A DNA stretch of 64,000 nt, taken from contig NC_133619.1 in assembly GCF_048593235.1 (NCBI RefSeq), forward strand, positions 649,614,558-649,678,557, read 5' to 3'. This document shows positions 11,471 to 22,634 of the stretch, in pieces. The DNA comes from Sminthopsis crassicaudata. Lineage: Eukaryota. The notes beneath the pieces were generated by a model, which saw nothing but the letters and a program-made list of their open reading frames with translations, searched no databases and was not told where the DNA came from. The translations under genes and the position numbers were made by a program. Each line of letters opens with the position of its first letter. Within the stretch, counting starts at the first letter, position 1.

Positions 11471-11979
11471 GAGCTGGGTGGGAGGCTGGCGGGGGGTGCG
11501 CAGCCGGGGCGGAGCGGGGCTCACCTGGGCCTTCAATGGTGACCTGCAGGTCCGTGACGTCTTCCTCGTTGGGAAACACCTTGATGCCATCTGGAGGGTC
11601 CGAGGTGAGCGTTGTGACCTCCTTGTACACCAGGCGGATGATGTGGGGGGGGCAGGTTCTCCACGTTGGAGTTCTGGGGGTCAAGAAAAGGAAAGGCAAG
11701 AGGATGGATGGGGGGCGGCGGTCACCGGGACCCTCCCGGCGCTGCCCCCTACCCAGAGATGTAGACACGGACACGCGTGCGCGCACGCGCACATATGCAC
11801 ACGCAATCAAGGGCTCATTCATTCAGCCCAACCACTGGGGGGGACGGGATCTCCCCCCCCAAGACACCCACCGGGATGTGCCCGGAGCCGCCGCCTTCCT
11901 GGACGCCGCCGGGCCTTATCCTGGCCAAGGCCACCTCCTCCAGGCTGGACACCAGGCCTGCCCCCGCCCAACTCACCAT
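10532..11979 (-). CDS. UBE2S: Ubiquitin-conjugating enzyme E2 S (~224 aa); exons 11977-11979 (ATG), 11525-11673, 11242-11432, 10532-10864; apparent +1 frameshift in the G8 run at 11645-11652
   Basis: [19 protein letters not shown]...[17 protein letters not shown]...[20 protein letters not shown].../[20 protein letters not shown]...[18 protein letters not shown]. It has the UBC fold with catalytic Cys, the basic C-terminal tail and GT-AG introns, with minus-strand AATAAA at 10409-10414. Exon 2 is 149 nt, one more than needed to keep frame. Confidence 0.96.
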
Positions 11980-12173
11980 GACGCCGGGGCCCGGGGGCGG
12001 CTCCCCCCAAGCCCCCTCCTCGGGGCGACCTCCGGGATTAGGGGGTCGGGGGAGGGGGCCGCCTCCCCCGCGTGCCCGGTGCGCCCGGGCTCCGATTCCT
12101 CCTTCTCTTTCGCCGAGGCCCCCTCCTCGGCCCCGGCCCCAGCGGGCCGCTCCTACTCCCGCTGTCCTGCGTA

Positions 12174-12232
12174 GCCGCCGCCGCCGCCGCCGCCGCCGCC
12201 TCCGCCTCCGCCTCCGCCTCCGCCGCCGCCGC
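12174..12232. repeat. (GCC)n/(TCCGCC)n repeat in the UBE2S 5'UTR
   Basis: Visible trinucleotide and hexanucleotide run between the TATA box and the ATG exon. Confidence 0.85.
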
Positions 12233-12304
12233 GCCCGCTCCCGCGACCGCCGCGCCCGCCCCTCGGCCGCCCCGCCGCACTGAGCCCGCCGCGCGCGCAG
12301 CGAC

Positions 12305-12820
12305 GCCTTTTTATATGCGCCGGGACACTCCCCCCCGCACCAACGACGTGGGCACGTCCGTTCCAAGGCGTATGTGCACCCGCCCGCCCGCGCTCCCGGA
12401 CGCGGCCTCGCGCGTGCGCGCCCGCCGGCCGTTGGAAACACGGCCGTCCGACCGAAGGGACGGGATCGGCCAATGGGAGCCGAGGGCCAGGAGCGGAGCC
12501 GGGGCCTCCCGGAGTTGGAAGGCCAATGGAAGAGTGGAAGGCGACGCACGCCCAGAACCGGGCGAGGACCGGGAATTGATGGGAGGAGGCAAGGGCTGAT
12601 TAATACGGAGAGGGGGTGCGGGCGCCACCGATTGGACGGTTTGAACCCGGCCCGTCACGCGGCCCCTGCGGGGAGGAGAGGGGCGGTGTCTCGGGGGCGC
12701 GCGCTCCGTAGCTCGGGGGCGTGCGCGAGAGAGGGAGGAGTTGTTTACGCGAGTAACGGTCGCGGCGAGGGGCGGGGCGGGGTTTTGAACCGTCTGAGCG
12801 ACGGGCAGCTGGGCCAATGA
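12305..12820 (-). promoter_or_regulatory. UBE2S: UBE2S promoter: TATA, CCAAT boxes and CHR-like TTTGAA elements in a CpG island
   Basis: Minus-strand TATAAAAA at ~12308-12315; CCAAT/ATTGG at 12470, 12523, 12631 and 12814; TTTGAA at 12640-12645 and 12784-12789. This combination is typical of G2/M (DREAM/B-MYB/FOXM1) genes. Confidence 0.6.
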
Positions 12821-14539
12821 ACAGAGCGAGAGTCCCGGACGCCGATCCGGTGCTCGGGCCCCAAGAAGGCTGAGCCTATCCGGGCTGGGAGCGGCCGGGA
12901 CTGCGCTACCCCACTTCGCTGTGGCCCATTGCGGGGTTGGGGGGTAGGGGAGAGTTCGCCGACGCAGAGCCGCCATCTTGGATCTGGGATGCTAAAGGGG
13001 TGAAGAGATAAAATTGACAAGAGGTCAAAGGTCACCCTGGATACCCGGATTCTGGATTGCCCTTTACGGTCTCTGACTCCACCCCCAAAGCAGCAGCCTC
13101 AGTCCCCTCTGTCAAATGAGGACGGTGCTGGAAGGAGAGACGGTTCAGGTCTCAGTTTACCCTTTTCCATACCAAGAGGGCGGAGAGAAACTCAAGACAC
13201 AAGTGGATGCAGCTTCAGACAATTAACTACCGGCGGTCCCAAAGGGCCACTTAACGAATGTTTGCCTGTTTCCTCATCGGTAAAATGTAATCATAATAGT
13301 GGAGAAAGGAACAAATGGGATAATAATTGTAAAGGGCGATAAAGGCTCTATAAATGCTGTCATTATAATGCTCGTTACTGTTATCACATAGATTGAGGCA
13401 AACGCAGATGTTCTGAGAGACGGGGACACTGGCAGAGACATGCGGGGGGAAGGGCGGTGCTCCCTGGGACACTTAGACGGACAGAAAGACGGACTGAGGA
13501 AAACAGGTAGAGACTCTCAGAGGCCGAGGCACGGAAAGGATAGGTGGAGAGGCCGATAGTCAAACATTAAGCCCCAAGGCCTGTGCTGAACGAGGAGGAC
13601 ACAGAGTAAAAGGCAGTCCCCGGCCTCAGAGAGCTCACGTTTAATGCATAAAAAGCTGACGCGGCTTAATGTGTGGGAGGGGGCGGGGAGAGTAAGGAAA
13701 GAAGAGCTGGCCACCCCCAGCCCCCTCCTCAAATGGAGGCTCTGGGAGGTTCTCCAGGCCCAGCCTTCGTTCCGCCTAGGGGCAGGGGTGCCGAGGCTGG
13801 CAGAGTTTCCGGGTGGGCGGGATCCTGCGGAGTGGCTTCCCCTCACCGCACTGGGGGCACTGCCTGGATAAAGCAGGCCGCGCCTTCCCCCGGTCTCCGG
13901 CCAGCCCGGACGAGGAGCTGTGCTTCACCATGCGTCCGCCAGGGGGCATTGCATTCTAGCAGCCCCCCGGGACCGGAGGGCCGAGGTCTCTGACACATGT
14001 ATCCCCTCCCCCTCCCCCAGCTACTTCGCTCCGTCTCTGCTTCCCAGATTGATGTCGGGAAGGGATGATTTGCTGGCCACGCTGCCGGGCGCCTCAAGGA
14101 ACGTGGCTGAGGAGCCCGGAGCTAACGGTGGGAAGCGCCTTCCGCCTTCCTCACCCACTGCGGAGGCCGCCCCCCTCCCCCAGCGGCGTCTTCCTCCCCT
14201 TCCAGCCAGGGCGCCAGGGCTGTGTGCCAGCCAAAGTCTCTTGGCAGGATTCCAGGCCCCGGAAAAAGGCCCGGTGCTTTCTAAGGACAAGCCCCCCCCC
14301 TTCCACTGGGTAGGCGCCCCTGGGCTCGGATGGTCTCTGAACGTTGCGGTTCTCAGAGCCCCGGCCTGGCTTCGGGCAGAGCCGGAACGTTCCCACCGTA
14401 CCCCTCGGCAGGGAGGCTTCTTCCTCGGCCCCTTTGGCTTACTTCAAATGGCGCAGCTTCCCCACCGTCTCCCTTAAACAAATTGTGATCTTCAACTGAT
14501 AGATAATATACATTTTAATAGTGCTTTAGGTTTTTGGTG

Positions 14540-14689
14540 TTTTTTTTTTTGTTGTTTTTTGCTGAGGCAATTGGGTGAAGTGACTTGCCCAGGGTCAAAC
14601 CGTCACACGAGTGTCTGAGGGCAGATTTGAACTGGGGTCCTCCTGACTTCAGGGCTGGTGCTCCAACCACTGCGCCACCTAGCGGCCCT
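14540..14689 (-). mobile_element. WSINE1-like SINE
   Basis: Poly-T, then GCTGAGGCAATTGGG..AAGTGACTTGCCCAGGGTCA...ACTGCGCCACCTAGCGGCCC. Confidence 0.85.
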
Positions 14690-14904
14690 GTGCTTTAAGT
14701 TTTAAGTGCTTCCTTTATACCCTCTAAAAGGATGAATTATCACTGTTATTGAGATCATCATTTCAGTGGGACAAGGGATCATGTCTCTTGCATCCATACC
14801 CCCTAAGCCCCTTCAACCAATCAGGAACCACCAAGGCTGGTCGGGAACCCTGAACCTCAGCACCCAGAAAAAGGTCTCAGAGTATCTGAGCAGAATTTCC
14901 TGTA

Positions 14905-15720
14905 GATCATTCCCTTTAAAAAAAAAAAAAAAAATTATTTTCCTCAGATATATGTGGAACAATTTTTAACACTTGTTTTTAAAACTTTGAGTTTCAGAAT
15001 CTCTTCCTTCCTTCCTTCCTTCCTTCCTCCCCAGCCCACAGCCCCATTGAGGAGGCACCTGGGAAGTTATGCAAACCATTTCTATAAAACCCTCAAATAA
15101 TATAAAGGCGGTGGGGGTGGGGGGTGAAGCATGCTTCAATCTGTGTTCAGACATAATCAGTTCTTTCTCTGGGTGTGAATAGCACTTTTCATCATCAGTC
15201 CTTCAGAGTACTCTTGGATCATTATATTGCCGAGAATAGCAGTCATTCACAGCTGATCATCCCACAACGTTGCTATAATTTTGTACCAAATAATTCACTT
15301 TAAATGAGCTCAGGGAGAACTTTCCAGGTTTTTCTGAGAGCATCCTGCTCATCATTTCTCATAAAACATGGTCAACACATAGCACAATTTATTTAGCCAT
15401 TCCCCGAGTGATGGGTCCCTCAATTTCCAACTCGTTACCCTAAGAAAGCTGCTATAAATATTTCTGTACATATTTTTTTCCATTAAAAAAAATCCCTTTG
15501 GGGATACATGCCTACTAGTGGTTTTGTTAGCTCAAAGAATGTGCATAGTTTTATGGCCCTTTGGGTATAGAACACATCTTTTAATGTTTATCATTTGGGA
15601 ATGGCTTTTTTTTTAAATATATATTTGAGAATTAAGGCCTTCATCAGAAAATTTTGCTTCAAAAATCTTTTCACAATTCCTGTAGAACATTCCCAACAAG
15701 TCCTCATTTATTTTAAGATC
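14905..15720 (-). mobile_element. Degenerate L1 3' region
   Basis: Reverse-complement L1 3'UTR and ORF2-end motifs (AGCCATTCCCC..TGATGGG; TTCAAAAATCTTTTC). Boundaries are approximate. Confidence 0.6.
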
Positions 15721-15806
15721 TCTAGTGGAAAGGGACCCCACTAATTAGTATGCATTAGCATGTTCTGGTCTTGGACAGCTTAAATTCTTAGGAAGGTTTT
15801 TTCCAT

Positions 15807-15854
<48 letters not shown>

Positions 15855-15855
<1 letters not shown>

Positions 15856-16199
15856 GTAAAGGGCTGAAACTCGAGTCAATGCACTGAGGTCTGACAATCA
15901 AGCACTTGAGGCTAATTCCCGATTGGACAATACTCTTATAAAAATATGCTTGGAAAATGGCCCTTCCCACTATTCTGTGCTGGCCCAGTCATTTGGTGTA
16001 CACAGAGAATTGTGGGAGGGACCAGGAGGTAGAGAGAGACAAGCCAGACTCACTCTGGGCGGGAGACTAAGAGGTGAGGTGGCCGAGATTCTGCTTCCAT
16101 CCCCTTGATTTCTACTGCTGAAGACCAAGAATAAAGACTTTTGCTTATCCTGACTGCGGCTGATTCTAAGGCATCCAGGGTGCTCACGTGGTTGTCACA
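15855..16199 (+). mobile_element. Solo LTR
   Basis: Starts TGTAAAGGGCT, ends TCACA, has an internal AAGAATAAAGAC polyA signal, and is ~345 bp. Confidence 0.7.
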
Positions 16200-16394
16200 T
16201 GTATAGTGAGAGAAATTGAGAGATAAATAGATGTACATGTGGGAATGTCCACATATCTACATATGTCTTATGTTGATAGTTCTTCTTTCTATTACCATGC
16301 TCCTGGCCCAGCTCAGACCCTTGTCACCTCTTTTCAACCATTATCAAAACTTCCTACTTGTTATTCCAATGCATCATTCAAATGGAAAAAGAAG

Positions 16395-16610
16395 ATAAGC
16401 ATTTATTTAGTATCTACTATGTGCTAGTCTCTGCTAGTCTCTATGCTAAACTCCGGACGATTATTTTATTTACTCCTTACAACAACCCTTTGAGATGGGT
16501 TATCATTACCCCATTTTACAGTTGTGGAAACTGAGGCAAACTGACCTTGAATAGCTTTCCCAGGATCCCACAAATGTTAGCTTTGAACTCAGGCCTACAG
16601 ATTCCAGGCC
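16395..16610 (-). mobile_element. MIR-like SINE
   Basis: CCCATTTTACAG..GGAAACTGAGGC core. Confidence 0.7.
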
Positions 16611-16779
16611 TAACTGATACAATCAGTTCCTCACACACCTCCTCTGATCTTGCTCCGTGTCAACTCAAAGTCTTTTATAATTTCCCCGCCACCTCTTAGG
16701 AAAGTACTAATTGCTTATCCTGCTATTTAGGGCTCTTTGAAACGTAGCTCTACTCTACCCTTTTCTCCATAATTGAGGC

Positions 16780-17412
16780 CCCACAAGAAACTGGAAACTG
16801 AGTGGAATGCCCATCATTTGGGGAATGGCTGAATAAGTTATAGCATATGAATGTAATGGAATATTATTCTGTAAGAAAGGACTAACAGGATGATTTCAGA
16901 GAGGCCTGGAGAGACTTATAGGAACTGATGCTGAGTGAAATGAGCAGAACCAGGAGATCACTGTACACAGTAACAACAAGACTATACGGTGATCAATTCT
17001 GATGGACATGACTCTCTGCAATAATGAGATGATTGATGATGGTCCCCAATGATCTTATGATGAAGGGAGCCATCTGCACCCAGAGGGAGGACTGTGAGAA
17101 CTGACTGTGAATCACAACATAGTATTTTCACTCTTTTTGTGGTTTGTTTGCATTTTATTTTCTTCCTCATTTTTTCCCTTTTTGATCTGATTTTTCTTGT
17201 GCAGCAAGGTAATGGCATAAATATGTATGCCTATATTGGATTTTAACATAATTTTAACATGGTTAACATATATTGCACTACTTGCCATCTGGAGGGGATG
17301 GGGGGAAAGAGGGGAAATTTTGGAACACAAGGTTTTGAAAGGATTAATGTTGAAGAAATCCATGCATATGTTTTGAAAATAGTTTTAATAATAAAAAAAA
17401 AGATTAAAAAAT
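16780..17412 (+). mobile_element. L1 3' end (ORF2 terminus, 3'UTR, A-tail)
   Basis: AACTGGAAACTGAGTGGAATGCCCATC...GAACTGATGCTGAGTGAAATGAGCAGAACCAGGAG...TTTTAATAATAAAAAAAA. Confidence 0.9.
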
Positions 17413-17494
17413 ATAATTGAGGCCCCAGAATCCTAAATTTGACATAGATCCAGTTCGGTCTTGGAAGGTTTGCAAATCTTTCTGTTTAGCTCAC

Positions 17495-17843
17495 TGTAAA
17501 GGGCTAGAACTGAGCAATGCACTTGGATAATGAAGCAAGTGAGACTAATCACCAATTGGACAGTTCCCTATTAATTTGTTTGGAGGTTGACCCTCCTCAG
17601 CTGTTCTGTGCTGTCTTGATTGGTGGGGCAAAGAGGGGGAAGTGACGTGTGTGGGAGGAGTAGGAGGAGGAAGAGGAATTGAAATGCTGACGCTGAGTCA
17701 GTCTCTTCTGGCGTTTGAGGGAGGAAGGTGTGAGATTGCTGGGCCTAAGCCCCTGACCTTGACTGTAAAAGATCAAGAATAAAGACATTTAGTGATCCTG
17801 ACTCCGGCTGATTTCTGGGAAGACAGAGTTCCAGCAGCTCACA
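17495..17843 (+). mobile_element. Solo LTR related to the one at 15855-16199
   Basis: TGTAAAGGGCT start, CAAGAATAAAGAC...ATCCTGACT..GGCTGATT shared with the other LTR, and a CTCACA end. Confidence 0.7.
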
Positions 17844-17879
17844 ATGAATACAACATTATCAATGGAAAGAACAACCGTA

Positions 17880-18860
17880 AAACCATTAAGAAGAAGTTGT
17901 CATTCTGGGGAGTGATTTACAACTATATCCAAAGGGCAACCAAACTGTGCATATTCTTTGATCCAGCTATACTATTACAATGTTTAAATAGAAAAGAGAT
18001 CATAAAAAGGGGGAAAGCCCTATATCTGTGAATATATAGCAGCTCTTTTTCTGGTGGCAAAGAATCAAGTAGATGCCCATCAATCGGGAATGACTAAATA
18101 AGTTGTGGTACATGATTGTGATGGAATATCATTGTGCCATAAGAAATGATGAGTGACTAAATCACTACTGATCAGAGAAATGCACATTAAGACAACTCTG
18201 AGATACCACTACACACCTGTCAGATTGGCTAAGATGACAGGAAAAGATGATGATGAATGTTGGAGGGGATGTGGGAAAACTGATACATTGTTGGTGGAGT
18301 TGTGAACTGATCCAACTATTCTGGAGAATGATTTGGAACTATGCCCAAAGGACTATCAAACTGTGCATGCCCTTTGACCCAGTAGTGTTTCTACTGGGAT
18401 TATATCTGAAAGAGATCCTAAAGAAGGGAAAGGGACCCATATGTGCCAAAATGTTTGTGGCAGCCCTTCTTGTAGTGGGAAGAAACTGGGATCTGAATGG
18501 ATGCCCATCCATTGGAGAATGACTGAACAAGTTGTGATACATGAATGTTATGGAATATTATTGTTCTATTAGCAATGGAACTCTCTGCCTCAGCAGAGAG
18601 GCCTGGAGAAATTAACATAAACTAATGCTGAGTAAAATGAGCAGAACCAATAGAACACTGTATATAGCAACAACAAGATCAACTGTGATGGACTTGGCTC
18701 TTCTCAAAAATGGAGTGATTCAAGGCAAATCCAACAGACTTGGGATGGCAAATGCCATCCAATGAGAGAAATACAGACACTGAATATGTGTCAAAGCATA
18801 GGTATTTTAGGAGTTGGTTTCCTTAGTTTAGTTTTTTCTCTCTCTCTTTTTTTTTTTTTT
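17880..18860 (+). mobile_element. Two L1 ORF2/3'UTR fragments
   Basis: Translates to LIHCWWSCELIQLFWRMIWNYAQRTIKLCMPFDP...CAKMFVAAL, the L1 ORF2 C-terminal region. Confidence 0.9.
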
Positions 18861-20089
18861 TCTTTTTTCTTTTTTCTTTTTAATGTACTCCCTCTCCAGC
18901 AGGCTGGGCCCTGGGGTTTTGCCTTTGGCCATTGCCATTTCCAGATGCAGTTGTTCTCTGGGGAATGTGGCAGAAATGAGCGTGATCCTCTGGGCCTTGC
19001 CCAGTGGCCAAAGGATGCTCTTCAGTCCTGCCAACCCTGAACAGTCCAGCTTAATCTGTGGGTACCCTCGTAGTCCCCTGCCCTTCCCCTTCAAGCTGCC
19101 ACATGGGTTTAAATGGGAGTCTCTCATAAGATTTGCAAACTCCAAAGCTCTCAATGTCAGTCACAGTACTGGTATTATGGGAGGGGAGGACTGGCCAATG
19201 GCCCCATCCTTCTGAACATCCCTACTGTGTGTAGTTGACAGAACCCCCACATGGATTGGGAACATTCGGAGACAGTTTGCGATTGAGCCTGGTCTGTTAA
19301 ACCTGGGATAAAGCTGCTGCTCTGGGGCCCAGGAGAGGCATTAGGCAGCCAGAGTCCCGGCTCCCCTTCTTTTTTGGCTCCAAATGCTGTCAGCCTCTGG
19401 AGGGGAAACGGCCTCAGGTCTTTTCCCTCAGGGGCTGACACATGGCTTGGCTGTGTGAGTTAATTCTTCCCTGCTTGGGGGGAAGGACTGTTGGATATGG
19501 TCACCCCTTTGGGAGCCTTGGAAGGGACTGCCGGCTCGCTGCCAGAGGTCCATGAGCAGGCCGGTGTTCAGGCTCCCTTGCTTCTAGACTTCCCTACCAC
19601 GCTTCTGTCCCGATGGGGCCCCCTCATGGCGGAGCGTCCCACCGGACTTATGTTCTGCTCATCCTGGAATATCCTCTGCTAGGCGGCCCTCCTCTCCTTG
19701 GTCCATAGGGCCTGTGTTTTTGGAGGGGCTCAGGCCAGGAGCCTTCTCTCCCTTCCCAGTCACAACCACTTCCGCTCCCTTTTGTGAATCCCCTGCTCTC
19801 TGAGGGCAGCCATAGTCTTTCCATTTGCTTCTATCTGAATTCCCTGCGCAGCCCTCAGCACAGTGCTGGAAACGTGGCAAGCTTTAATACATTGTGGTTC
19901 CTAACTTCCTCCTTCCCCCAGCATTTCCTTGGACAAAAGTTGAACCTCCACACGGGCTCAGCCATATGCTCCCCAAATGTGTCGTTCTGCTCGTGATTTG
20001 CAAGCACTCTCCCTGGGGATGCTGGGAGCATGTGCCCCCAGTTCTCAGAGAGTGCTTCTTACCATGCCAGTTTAGTAAATGGCTTTCCT

Positions 20090-20675
20090 CCAAAGGCAGC
20101 TGGGCATCACAGTAGCTGGCCCCAGGAAGACAGAGTTCAAACTGACCTCAGAGACTATGTGACCTCTAATTGCCTCTGTTCCTTTAGCTGCTAATTGGTC
20201 TATTAATAGCAGCCACTTCATGGGGTTGTTGGAAGAAGTAAATGGAATAATATTTACAAAGCACTTAGCATAATGCCTGATACTTTCTACATGCTCATCA
20301 TCATCATCATCATCTAGCCTCAGCTACTTCCCAGATGTGTTACCTTGATCATCGAAAGTTTCAGTTTCCTCATCTGTAAAATGGAAAGAGGACCTCCACC
20401 ACAGAATTGTGATGTACAAGTCATCTACACAATACACTTAATAACCCTTAAAATGTTTAATAAATGCTACTCTGATAGAGTGGACCTTGATCTGACTGGT
20501 AAGTGCGATTTTTGCATTGTATTCAATAGGGCTGTGACATTGTTCTTAAGTTCTTTTTTATATTTGTTTTGCAGCCAATTGGAGTTAAGAACTCGGGCTA
20601 GGAAGTATTAAGTGTCTGAGGGCGGATTTGAACTCAGGGCCTCTTGACTTCAGGGCTGGCCATCTAGCTGCCCCT
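20090..20675. mobile_element. Cluster of MIR fragments (+) and a WSINE1-like SINE (-, ~20555-20675)
   Basis: TCAGTTTCCTCATCTGTAAAATGG MIR core and GATTTGAACTCAGG..TCTTGACTTCAGGGCTGG SINE motif. Confidence 0.65.
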
Positions 20676-21194
20676 TGTTTTTAAGTTCTGACGGATCGGT
20701 GTGATGTCCGGGGAACAGCGGACAACGGTTGTGTCCATAGTAATGCTCCGGTTTCAGTATAACCTTTGCATTCTTAGGGGGTTTTGTGTAGTCCGGGGAA
20801 GGATCTGGCGGCTCTTAGTTGTGGAAGAGAATGAACCGCTAGTCTTACTTCTCACCACCTGGCTGTGTCTTTCCAGGTGCTCAATGGGGGTGCAGTGCCC
20901 AGTTTTTTAACACTTCCTTCCTTTGCTTTGATAACATCCTGGATCCTAAAAGATAATGGTTCTGCATCACCCTCCTTGATCTGCTTGGCTTGGCCACTTG
21001 TTCGGTGTGTGTCAACATACTCTGCTCTGAGTGGTCATTGATGCCTGTTACCTCTCTTTCCCTCGCATGACAGTCACCTGTGTACATGCTCTTCCTGCTC
21101 CCAGACTGGGACTTTCTGGAGGGCAGGGGGTTCGGTGCTCGGTGGGGATTTGGTGAGAGAGATGCGGGGCAGGAGAGAGGAGCAGAAATGTAGT

Positions 21195-21432
21195 TGTTTT
21201 GTTGTTTTGTTCAGTCACTTGCAAACCTTAGTGAGCCCACTGGGTTACTTGGCAAAGATACCGGAGTGGTTTGCCGCCCCTTCTCCAGCTCGTTGGGCAG
21301 GTGAGGAAACTGGGTAAACGGGGTTAAATGGCCTGCTCAGAGTCACACAGCTAGTGCGTGTCTGAGTCAGGAAGGATTCAGGAAGGTGAGCCTTCCCTAC
21401 TGCAGATCCACAACTCTATCCACTGCCCCACC
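21195..21432 (-). mobile_element. MAR1-like SINE
   Basis: GTTGTTTTGTTCAGTC...TTGGCAAAGATACCGGAGTGGTTTGCC is the reverse complement of the MAR1/RTE tail. Confidence 0.75.
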
Positions 21433-21493
21433 TGCTGTCCTCAGAAATACATAAGCCATTCGCATAATGGTGGTCTCAGATAGTGAGACAGTC

Positions 21494-21981
21494 TGGAATA
21501 GAACAGGATGGGGGTTCGGCGCAGGCCTTGGGTTAAACCCACAGTTAAGGAGTCCTGAAGGGCGATGCAAGATAATATGGAATAGAAAAGGATGGGGGTT
21601 CAGGTCAGGCCTTGGGTTAAACCCACAGTTAAGGGGTCCTGAAGGGCGATGCAAGATAATATGGAATAGAAAAGGATGGGGGTTCAGGTCAGGTCTTGGG
21701 TTAAACCCACAGTTAAGGGGTCCTGAAGGGGGATGCAAGATAATGTGGAATAGAAAAGGATGGGGGTTCAGGTCAGGCCTTGGGTTAAACCCACAGTTAA
21801 GGGGTCCTGAAGGGGGATGCAAGATAATGTGGAATAGAAAAGGATGGGGGTTCAGGTCAGGCCTTGGGTTAAACCCACAGTTAAGGGGTCCTGAAGGGGG
21901 ATGCAAGATAATATGGAATAGAAAAGGATGGGGGTTCAGGTCAGGCCTTGGGTTAAACCCACAGTTAAGGGGTCCTGAAGA
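21494..21981. repeat. Minisatellite, 84-bp unit, ~5.8 near-identical copies
   Basis: Units start at 21494, 21578 and so on; the ORF track shows the matching 28-aa periodicity. Confidence 0.95.
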
Positions 21982-22634
21982 GGGCTGTGGCTCCTGACTC
22001 TATTTCTCTGGCCAACAGTTGGCAAACTCTATTCAGATTGAAGCGTTCTTGTAAACACACATCGGGGCAAGCCTTGGGGAGCCCGATGCTCCTGGTTGTC
22101 CTCAAGCAAAGACAAATTCCCCAAGAGTGAGTCTGGGGGGGTCGCGAACAGCAGCCTTAGCTCTCCTCCCACGGGGCACTGGAGTGGCTCCCTGGCAATC
22201 TGTAACTTGTTGGACTAAGGCCCTGCAAATCTAGGGTGGGGTGCCTGGGGACAGCCCTGGCCGTCCTAACGTGTGTGCTTAAAGTGTGCTAGGGAACATC
22301 CTCCCTGACCATCTGCTTAAAGGAAGCGAGACCCCCAGCAATCCGGACACCTCAGATGCGCTCCGGGGCCCCCAGGTGCTCACATCAGCAGCACTGGTCA
22401 CTTTAGGACTTTTGGAGCTTTAGGGGGAGGGTTTCCTTGGGTTCTCAGAAATCCAAGTCCCTCCTTTCCCAGATGGAGCAAATGAGATGGAGGGGTGAGA
22501 CGGGGCCGCGACGGAGGGGCCTGGTCCGCAGCCGAAGTGGCACACCAGAGGCGCTCCATATGCTGGAGAAGGGTCAGACTTTCCCCAGCGCCAGAGCTCC
22601 CATGGCCTAGTAAAAACAGAGCCTCCTAAAACAG

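Noticed and set aside
21397-21997. Repeat-protein-like ORFs and CRISPR-like appearance of the tandem arrays
   Set aside because: The units are contiguous with no unique spacers, there are no cas genes, the DNA is mammalian, and the ORFs simply reflect an 84-bp unit.
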